Origin: an uncultured Victivallales bacterium
GTDB taxonomy: Bacteria > Verrucomicrobiota > Lentisphaeria > Oligosphaerales > JAFGRS01
Length of the DNA: 32,000 nucleotides
Reading direction: 5' to 3'
Assembly: GCA_903837355.1 (NCBI GenBank)
Contig: CAILUI010000065.1
Span: 1,869 to 33,868, forward strand
A program made the position numbers and the translations under genes. Positions 25,258 through 32,000 of the stretch are shown here, piece after piece; position 1 is the stretch's first letter, and each line of letters begins with the position of its first letter. A model generated the notes under the pieces. The model saw only the letters and a program-made list of their open reading frames with translations, was not told the origin of the DNA and ran no database searches.

Positions 25258-25311
25258 GATCGGCCAGATCGGCCAGATCGGTCAGATCGGACGGATCGGA
25301 CGGATCGGCAA
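25258..25311. repeat. Tandem 9-bp repeat (GATCGGNNN) x6 in a divergent promoter region
   Basis: The six units are GATCGGCCA GATCGGCCA GATCGGTCA GATCGGACG GATCGGACG GATCGGCAA. The array lies 88 nt from the lipoprotein start (25170) and 63-84 nt from the GH31 start. Confidence 0.9.
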
Positions 25312-25394
25312 GGGAGCACGGCACGGGCGGCGCGTGCTAGGTTACGCGGCAGCATGGGTGAACGTGGCAGCGCATGAACTGGGGGGTACACGCA

Positions 25395-27488
25395 ATGGCG
25401 GCGATGGCTCTGACCTGGCAGAAAGTGGCACCGGGAGTGTGGCGGGGACGAGCCGGCCAGGACGGCCAGCCGCAACTGCTCGCGGCAGCGGGGGTGGCGC
25501 CACGCTCGGAGGGGCTGGCGCAACTGGGGGAAGCGGAGTGCCCGCTGGAGCGTGAGCGCATCCTGGCGGAGGCCCAGGCCGAGCGCTGCCTGCTGTCGGT
25601 GCCGCTGGAACCCGACGAGGTCCTCTACGGCCTGGGCCTGAACTTCAAGGCCCTGGAGGTGCAGCAGTCGGTGCGGCATCTGCAGGTCGACCACTTCGGC
25701 GGGCAGGATAACGGCCGCACGCACGCACCGGTGCCCTTCTACGTCTCCAGCCGCGGCTACGGCGTCTTCGTCAACGCCGCCCGCTACCTGTCCGTCTACG
25801 CCGGCGGCGTTCATCGCCGGGAGGCGCATCCGCCGGTGCTGGATCGGGCCACGGACACGGGCTGGAAAGCGGTGCAACCGGGCCAGGTGGTGGAGATCGC
25901 GGTGCCCGGGACCGGCGTCGAGCTGCTGCTGTTTGCCGGCCCGTCGCTGCTGCAGGCCGTGCGGCGCTTCAACCTCTTCTGCGGCGGTGGCTGCCTGCCG
26001 CCGCGCTGGGGGCTGGGTTTCTGGCACCGGGTGCCGCTGGCCTTTACCGCCGAGCAGACCGAGCACCTGGCGGCGGAGTTCGCCGCGCGCGACTATCCGC
26101 TGGACGTGATCGGGCTCGAGCCCGGCTGGCACACCACCTGTTACCCTTCGACCTTTGCCTGGCATCACGGGCGCTTCCCGGACCCCGCCGCCTTCATCGC
26201 CCGCCTGCTGGACCGCGGCATCCGCGTCAACCTCTGGGAGCATCCCTACGTGGCCCCCGATTGCGCCCTGGCCCGGGAGTTGGCGGACGGCTGCGGCACG
26301 CATACCGGTAGCTGGGGCGGGTGGGTGCCCGACCTGAGCCTGCCCGCGGTGCGCGAAACCATCCTCCGCCAGCACGAGCAGGAACACCGCCGTCACGGCG
26401 TCGCCGGCTACAAGCTCGATGAGTGCGACGGTTTCGATCCGTGGCTCTGGCCGGACCACGCGCAGTTCCCCTCTGGCCTCTCCGGCGAAGAGCTGCGCCA
26501 GATCTACGGCGTCCTCTTCCAACGGCTCACCACGGAGCTGTACCAGCGCCACAACCAGCGCACCTACGGCCTGGTCCGCGCCTCCAACGCCGGCGCCGTC
26601 AGCTTCCCGTATGTTCTCTATAGTGATTGTTATAGTCACCGTGACTTCATCACCGCGCTCTGCAGCTCCAGCTTCTGCGGGGTACTCTGGACGCCGGAAG
26701 CCCGCGCCGCCCGGACGGCCGAGGAATGGGTGCGGCGCATTCAGACCACTTGCCTGTCGCCCTTGGCGATGGTCAACGCCTGGGCCGACGGCACCATGCC
26801 CTGGTCGTTCCCCGAGGTCGCCGACGCCGTGCGCGACGCCATGGTCCTGCGCCAACGCCTGCTGCCCTACCTCTACAGCGCCTTTGCGCAGTACCAGGCC
26901 GACGGCACGCCGCCGTTCCGCGCCATGGTGCTGGAGGAAGGCTGGACGACGACGGCGACGGCGACGGGCGCCCTCGATTCGGAAAGGAATCCCTACGCGC
27001 TGCCGGAGCTGATGGCCGCGCGCGATCAGTACATGATGGGCCCGTGCCTCCTCGTCGCCCCGCTGTTCGAGGGCGAGACCGAGCGCCGGGTGCTGCTGCC
27101 GCCGGGGGCGTGGTATGACTTCCGCAGCGGCGCGCTGGTGGGGTGCGGGCCGGGGCAAGTGACCGTGCGGGCAGACCTGGCCACCATCCCGATCCTGGTC
27201 CGCGATGGCGGCATCGTGCCCTTGCAGGCGGCACGGCGGCAGAGCCCGGCAGCCGGGGAACGTGTGGACCTCGAGATCCGCCACTATGGCCAGGCCGACG
27301 GCAGCACCGTGCTCTACGACGACGACGGCCTCAGCCTGGACTGCGAGCGCGGGGAGTCCTGCCGGCTGCGGCTGACGGCAACGCGCTCGCCGGCGGGCAC
27401 GTTGACCGGCCAGGTCGATGCCGTCAGCGGCCGTGCCCCCTTCACCTACGCGGCCCTGACCTGGCGGTTCATGAGCCCGCCGGCGTGA
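25395..27488 (+). CDS. Glycoside hydrolase family 31 (alpha-glucosidase/alpha-xylosidase-like)
   Basis: GVAGYKLDECDG matches the nucleophile-Asp context (compare YicI KTDFGE). YVLYSDCYSH matches the acid/base context (compare YicI WGGDCYAN). DVIGLEPGW is also present. Candidate starts are 25374, 25395 (G-run 8 nt upstream) and 25404. The 840-aa antisense ORF is low-complexity. Confidence 0.9.
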   Translation: MAAMALTWQKVAPGVWRGRAGQDGQPQLLAAAGVAPRSEGLAQLGEAECPLERERILAEAQAERCLLSVPLEPDEVLYGLGLNFKALEVQQSVRHLQVDHFGGQDNGRTHAPVPFYVSSRGYGVFVNAARYLSVYAGGVHRREAHPPVLDRATDTGWKAVQPGQVVEIAVPGTGVELLLFAGPSLLQAVRRFNLFCGGGCLPPRWGLGFWHRVPLAFTAEQTEHLAAEFAARDYPLDVIGLEPGWHTTCYPSTFAWHHGRFPDPAAFIARLLDRGIRVNLWEHPYVAPDCALARELADGCGTHTGSWGGWVPDLSLPAVRETILRQHEQEHRRHGVAGYKLDECDGFDPWLWPDHAQFPSGLSGEELRQIYGVLFQRLTTELYQRHNQRTYGLVRASNAGAVSFPYVLYSDCYSHRDFITALCSSSFCGVLWTPEARAARTAEEWVRRIQTTCLSPLAMVNAWADGTMPWSFPEVADAVRDAMVLRQRLLPYLYSAFAQYQADGTPPFRAMVLEEGWTTTATATGALDSERNPYALPELMAARDQYMMGPCLLVAPLFEGETERRVLLPPGAWYDFRSGALVGCGPGQVTVRADLATIPILVRDGGIVPLQAARRQSPAAGERVDLEIRHYGQADGSTVLYDDDGLSLDCERGESCRLRLTATRSPAGTLTGQVDAVSGRAPFTYAALTWRFMSPPA

Positions 27489-27565
27489 AGCGAGTTGGCG
27501 TGCAGCCTGCGGCGCGTCGCATGGCCATCCCTGGAGAGACGCCCGGCCGCGGGCGCCGCGGCGGC

Positions 27566-27658
27566 GGCCCGCCGCATCTCCAGCCGTAACGGCGGAGGCC
27601 CGCCGCATCTCCAGCCGTAACGGCGGAGGCCCGCCGCATCTCCAGCCGTACTGGCGTG
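27566..27658. repeat. 31-bp tandem repeat x3 (two perfect copies and one with a divergent end) forming GC hairpins between convergent genes
   Basis: The unit is GGCCCGCCGCATCTCCAGCCGTAACGGCGGA, at 27566-27596, 27597-27627 (identical) and 27628-27658 (4 mismatches in the last 8 nt). CCGCCG/CGGCGG arms can pair within units (15-nt loop) or across unit junctions (4-nt loop). Confidence 0.85.
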
Positions 27659-27691
27659 CCGGCGGCGCCGCGGGCGCCCGCGCCCCCGCCA

Positions 27692-30600
27692 TCACGGCCG
27701 GAACCAGAGGTTCACGGCAATGTCCTCACCGAAGGGCACGCCGATCCCCTCGGCATGGGCCCATGACGGCGGCTGGGTGAACACGGCCGCCGCGATCTCG
27801 GACGAGCAACGGCGCCCGTCGGCAAGTTCGAGCTCAAGCCAGAAGCGGCGCACCTTGAACCAATCCTTGCTGGCGTTGTCGAGCCGGAAGCGGTTGCGCA
27901 GGCCCAGGGTGCCGATGGCTTCCGGAGTCAATGGAACCGTGAGCTTCTCGGCCCAGATGCCCCTGCCCTCGTCACCGCCGCCGGCGGCCATCGGGCCCAG
28001 GCGCACGTCGTTGACCAGGGCAAAACTGGGGTAGCCCTCGGTGCCGCCGTTGAGACCGATGGCGTCGTAGTGCAGCCAGCCCTGCCTGGCGCCGCGCAGG
28101 AGGTCCCCGGTGATCCCGGCCACCGGGAACGGGCCAGGCAGCGTACTCGAGGGGCCGTTCGCCTCCTCCAGGGTCCGCAGCAGGATCGGGCCACGGGTCT
28201 CCAGCCGCGGCTCGGCCCAGGCTGCCCAGTCGCCCTCAGGGCTATCGTTGGCACCGACGTCGGTGACCAGTCTGAGGCGCACGGACGTTCCCGTCCACGG
28301 GCCCAGGTCGGCCTCGATGGGTAGCCACTCGTGACGCCGCACCGTCTGTTCGCCGGCCACCGTCTCCCGCCCTTGCGCGTCGACCACGACCACCCTGTAG
28401 AGGATACCATCACCCAGGAAGCTGCCGTCGGACTTGCCGACCAGGGCCCGGAACGCCGTCGGCGGCGCCGCGGGCAGGGCGACTGCCGGGTAGAGCCCGA
28501 AGGTGTAGCCCACACCGCCTTGCCAGGGCGGGTGTACAAAGAGGCCCTTCCTGGCCTCGCCGCCGCAGGTCAGGTCGCGACGATCCAGGATCGCGCCGCT
28601 GCCCTCGAGTCCCGGCGTCTCCTTCCCGCCGCGCACGCAGATGCCGCTCTGCCAGGTGTCCGGCAGCGCCCCGGGAGAGCCATAGCCGGGGACGGTGACG
28701 ATCACCCGGGCCGCCGTCCACTGCAGCGGCCCGGCTCGGATGGCCACGGTCAGCGGTTCGACGCCCTCGGTAGCCGGCGCCGGCAACTGCACACTCAGCT
28801 CGGCGGGTTGCCGCGGCAGCAGCGTCACTGCCTGGGCGCCGGGCACGGCCGAGACCGACACCTGGGCCGCCACCGCCTGCGGCAGGTTGCTCGACATCTC
28901 CAGGCGCAGGACACCGTCGCGGTCGAGCCTGAGCACGACGTCGGCCAGCGGCAGTACCGTGAAGTCGATCCAGGCGCCTTCGAACGACGGCCAGAGCCGC
29001 TCGCCCGGCGTGGCCTCGGCGGGCACGGTGAAGACGTGTTCCGTCTGGCCACGCACCGTGATCTGTTCGCCGGGGATAACCCCGTCACGGTCGCAGGTCA
29101 GCACGGCTGCGGCCGGCGGCTGGCCGGCAGTAAGCAGGTAGCTGAAAGCCCCCTTGACCGGCACCACGTAGGTGAGCCCGCGTGCCCGGCGCAGTTCAGC
29201 CTTGCCCAACTCCTGACGCTCGGCATCCAGGGCCACGGCGCTGACGGCGGCGATGGCGAAACCGCAGTCGCTGCCCTCGAAGGGGATCACCTCGTAGCGC
29301 TGGTCAGGCAGAATGCGGCAGATGCCGATGCCGTCGGACGCCGCCTTGGGAAAGCGCGCAAAGCGACCGCGCCCGTCGGCAAACAGGTAGGCCGGGGTGG
29401 CGGCGTAGTCGGCGCGACGCCCACCGACGTCGCTGCTCAGGACTTCAGTGGCGCCGTCCTCGGTCCAACCGGCAAAGCCGTTCGGCGGCAGCTCCAGCCG
29501 GCGGCCGAAGGCGGTGACCTGGAGGCGCTCACGCGCATGGCCGTTGACGACGGTCAGGCAGCCATTGCCGTAACGCGTGGCGACCTGCGAACGCGCCACG
29601 GCGCCTGACGCCACCGCGGCCGAGCTGTCGAGGAGGCTGCCGTCCGCGGCGGCATAGCGTATCTCCGTCGCGCTGCCGAGGGTGTAGCGGCTCTGGAGCT
29701 GCTGCAGGAGGTAGTAGCCCCGCACGGCGCGCGGGAAACCGCCCTCGAGAGCCAGAAAGCCGGGATGACCGAAGGCCACGGTGGCGGCCGTAAAACGGTC
29801 GTAGGCCGCATCGGTCTCCGCGGGTGTCCGCCCCAGGCTGACGCCCTGCCCGTAGAACATCTCCGGGTTGCCCATGCCGAAGTTGCAGCACAGATCGTGC
29901 ATCTGGCGCAGATCGAAGTCGACCAGCCACGGGTGGTCCGGCAGGCCGTAGAGCGCGTCCTGGGCGTAGTTGCCGTCCGTGAGGCCGCTGTAGAAAAAGT
30001 GGTTGTTGCCCTCCGAGTAGACCGGGCCCTGCCAGGCTTGCTTCTGCAGGAGCATGATCTCCCCGTAGGCATAGAAGACCGCGGCGAAGGTGCCCGCTCC
30101 CGGGACGCGGGCGTCATAGTCCGCAAAGTACCAGGGTGGCGGCTGGGTGTGGACGTCGCAGTAGGCAGTGCTGAAATGGAACTTCTTCTGGATGATGGGC
30201 GACAGGCGCTCGGCAAACTCGACCGCACGCGCCGGCTTGGGGGCGTAGCAGCGCATCCAGACCGGCACGAACTGGTTGTCGGCCGTCCGCCCGATCAGAT
30301 CGGGATCCCAGTATTCGTTGACCGGCGAGAGTGCCGTGAAGGTGTTGTAAGGACCGTAGACAAAGCCCAACTGGTCCTGCATGACGCGGGCATACTCGAA
30401 TTGCCCTTCGTCACCGCCCTTACCGGGGGCGGCCCGCGTGCGGAAGGTGAAGCTCTCGCCGCCGTCGCGCCAGCCGGTCTCGTGGTCGGTGACGACAACC
30501 TCGGTCATGCCATGGCGCTGCACCCGAGTCCAGAGGGCGACGTCGCTGGCGCGCCCCCCGGCGCCGTGGGCCCGCCATAGCCGGCTGCCGGCCACGTGCT

Positions 30601-31984
30601 TCCAGGGCGAAACCGGGTTGGGGAGCGTGGGCAGGACCTCCTCGAAACGGGGTGAGAGCGTGACGAACAGCCGCTCGAAGCAGTCATTCCGCCGACCGTC
30701 GGTCTTGGCGATGTAGCGTACGCCGCCGTTGGCAGCGACCCCCGCGGCGCTGACGGCATTGTCGGCCCACAGCCAACTGCCATTGGAGCGGGTCCAGTCC
30801 AGGTGCTCGGCCAGGAACAGCGGCGCCGCGGGAGCTCCGGCCACGACGACAGCCGGCCGGACCGTGCTGCCGTAGGTGTAGTAGGGCAAGGTCACCAGGC
30901 GCGGCGTGTCGAGGCCGGTCGCCAGGCCCCAGCGCACTTCCGCCACCTGTCCGCCCACGGCCACGACATCGATCACCAGCGACTTCTTCCAGAGACGGTA
31001 GGTGAAGGCGACCTCGGCGCTGACGGGGCCGGCGCTCAATCGCCAGCGCGATTCAACCGTGTCGCCCGTGATCTGAGTGCCCAGGGCTTCGGCCTTCTCG
31101 GGGGCGACCGGGCCGTCGGCGCCCGCCAGGAACACCCCGCCGCCCGTGCATGGCCGGATCTCGCCGCCGCGCCCTTCCCAGCGCGCCGCGATGTCCGCCA
31201 GGGTGCCGGTCCTGGGCTCAACGCGGTAGGTCAGACGCCCATCGGCCCCCACATAGGAGAAGACGAAGGCCTCGCCCTCGGCGCGAACGGCAGTCGTGAA
31301 GTCGGAAGTCAGGTTGTCCGGCAGGATCGTCTCGGGCCGGGTCGGAAAAGGGAGTTTCCCCGGCCCGCTGTTGGTGCCAGAGCCCTGCCCCGGAAACATG
31401 GGGACGCCGCGCTCCGGTCGCGGCGCGAAGGTCAGAGGCGCGAAGGGTTCCGTGAACACCGCGAAGTTGTCGATATAGAGCAGGCGTTCCTCGCGGTTGC
31501 TGCCGCCGGCGATACGGAAGCCCTTGAGCGTGACGCCGCCGGCCACCGCCTGGATCTGCGCCGGGCTCAGGCGGCGGTGGCAGAGATGCCACTCCTTCCA
31601 GTCCACGCCGAACAGCACCACCTCCAGCTCCTTACCGCCACCGTCCGCGAACAGCACCGAGACGGTCACGGCCGGGGTCGTGGTGTCGGATTCGTAACCC
31701 CAGCGGTTGCCGTAGATCCAGGCGGTCATGGCATCGAAACCCGGGCCGATGGCCAGCGGCTGCGGCAGCAGGATACGGACCTCCGGATCGCCGCTGCCCA
31801 CGGCCCGATACGCCAGCCGACCCACGTAGTCGCCCCAGATCTGCTGCTCGCGAGAACGCACGAAGCTGGCCTCCGCGTCCCTGGTCTCGACCCGCCAACC
31901 GCTCAGATCCTCGAAGTCCAGCAGCGGCGCCCGGTCGTCGGCGGTGCGCTTGGCCCAGTCCAGCTCGTAGGGCCGCGTGCCCAC
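27692..31984 (-). CDS. Very large (at least 1430 aa) multidomain protein: N-terminal beta-sandwich, central TIM-barrel-like region, C-terminal NPCBM-like/carbohydrate-binding-like modules; 5' end may lie beyond the window
   Basis: This is a continuous ORF with G/C third-position bias. The frame stays open upstream of the GTG at 31984 to the window edge. The central region has STAYCDVHT, VYSEGNNHFFYSG and CCNFGMGNPEMFYG. The C-terminal module has GDWAAWAEPRLE, as in NPCBM-type modules. Confidence 0.85.
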   Translation of the reverse strand: MGTRPYELDWAKRTADDRAPLLDFEDLSGWRVETRDAEASFVRSREQQIWGDYVGRLAYRAVGSGDPEVRILLPQPLAIGPGFDAMTAWIYGNRWGYESDTTTPAVTVSVLFADGGGKELEVVLFGVDWKEWHLCHRRLSPAQIQAVAGGVTLKGFRIAGGSNREERLLYIDNFAVFTEPFAPLTFAPRPERGVPMFPGQGSGTNSGPGKLPFPTRPETILPDNLTSDFTTAVRAEGEAFVFSYVGADGRLTYRVEPRTGTLADIAARWEGRGGEIRPCTGGGVFLAGADGPVAPEKAEALGTQITGDTVESRWRLSAGPVSAEVAFTYRLWKKSLVIDVVAVGGQVAEVRWGLATGLDTPRLVTLPYYTYGSTVRPAVVVAGAPAAPLFLAEHLDWTRSNGSWLWADNAVSAAGVAANGGVRYIAKTDGRRNDCFERLFVTLSPRFEEVLPTLPNPVSPWKHVAGSRLWRAHGAGGRASDVALWTRVQRHGMTEVVVTDHETGWRDGGESFTFRTRAAPGKGGDEGQFEYARVMQDQLGFVYGPYNTFTALSPVNEYWDPDLIGRTADNQFVPVWMRCYAPKPARAVEFAERLSPIIQKKFHFSTAYCDVHTQPPPWYFADYDARVPGAGTFAAVFYAYGEIMLLQKQAWQGPVYSEGNNHFFYSGLTDGNYAQDALYGLPDHPWLVDFDLRQMHDLCCNFGMGNPEMFYGQGVSLGRTPAETDAAYDRFTAATVAFGHPGFLALEGGFPRAVRGYYLLQQLQSRYTLGSATEIRYAAADGSLLDSSAAVASGAVARSQVATRYGNGCLTVVNGHARERLQVTAFGRRLELPPNGFAGWTEDGATEVLSSDVGGRRADYAATPAYLFADGRGRFARFPKAASDGIGICRILPDQRYEVIPFEGSDCGFAIAAVSAVALDAERQELGKAELRRARGLTYVVPVKGAFSYLLTAGQPPAAAVLTCDRDGVIPGEQITVRGQTEHVFTVPAEATPGERLWPSFEGAWIDFTVLPLADVVLRLDRDGVLRLEMSSNLPQAVAAQVSVSAVPGAQAVTLLPRQPAELSVQLPAPATEGVEPLTVAIRAGPLQWTAARVIVTVPGYGSPGALPDTWQSGICVRGGKETPGLEGSGAILDRRDLTCGGEARKGLFVHPPWQGGVGYTFGLYPAVALPAAPPTAFRALVGKSDGSFLGDGILYRVVVVDAQGRETVAGEQTVRRHEWLPIEADLGPWTGTSVRLRLVTDVGANDSPEGDWAAWAEPRLETRGPILLRTLEEANGPSSTLPGPFPVAGITGDLLRGARQGWLHYDAIGLNGGTEGYPSFALVNDVRLGPMAAGGGDEGRGIWAEKLTVPLTPEAIGTLGLRNRFRLDNASKDWFKVRRFWLELELADGRRCSSEIAAAVFTQPPSWAHAEGIGVPFGEDIAVNLWFRP

Positions 31985-32000
31985 GGCCTCAGCCGCAGAA

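Noticed and set aside
175-27488. A sulfoquinovose (sulfo-transaldolase) pathway, suggested by the co-occurrence of an SDR, a transaldolase-fold protein and a GH31
   Set aside because: The GH31 gene is about 23 kb away in a different transcription unit. No sulfonate exporter, isomerase or SLA dehydrogenase was recognised. I cannot verify the sulfoquinovosidase-specific residues by eye.
27566-27658. A possible CRISPR array suggested by the 31-bp repeats
   Set aside because: The repeats are directly abutting with no unique spacers. There are only three units and no cas genes in the window.
25173-27695. An 840-aa minus-strand ORF, the longest reading frame antisense to the GH31 gene
   Set aside because: The protein is Arg/Ala/Gly/Pro-rich and low-complexity with no motifs. 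The + strand frame carries clear GH31 catalytic motifs and proper G/C third-position bias. Long antisense ORFs are expected in high-GC DNA.

Overview
This is a GC-rich (roughly two-thirds G+C by eye), densely coding bacterial chromosomal window. I saw no rRNA, tRNA, CRISPR array, transposase or integrase. The left third (1-9.5 kb) holds small-molecule metabolism genes. These are a partial upstream gene, an SDR oxidoreductase and a transaldolase-fold protein on the + strand. They converge on a tightly coupled minus-strand operon: PadR regulator, NPA/NPARD aquaglyceroporin, G3E (CxCC) GTPase, 130-aa orphan and URO-D-like protein. A ceramidase-like protein and a second URO-D-like-looking protein follow. 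The right two-thirds (9.6-32 kb) looks like a glycan-utilisation island of a diderm bacterium. It has a TonB-dependent receptor and three very large proteins (1207, 893 and at least 1430 aa) built from beta-sandwich/CBM-like modules plus TIM-barrel-like cores that I cannot assign to a named GH family. It also has a PKD-domain protein, a GH3 beta-glucosidase, a tandem CBM4/9-like protein, an M28 peptidase and a GH31 enzyme. Two lower-GC type II toxin-antitoxin cassettes (AbrB-type VapB/PIN and Phd-YefM/PIN) are wedged into this island, each with a consensus-like promoter and palindromic operator. Several intergenic regions carry structured repeats: a MITE/REP-like inverted pair, a 53-bp direct repeat pair, a 9-bp GATC tandem array in a divergent promoter, and a 31-bp tandem hairpin repeat. 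Many long antisense ORFs in the track are high-GC artefacts. All functional calls rest on motifs read by eye; no database search was run.
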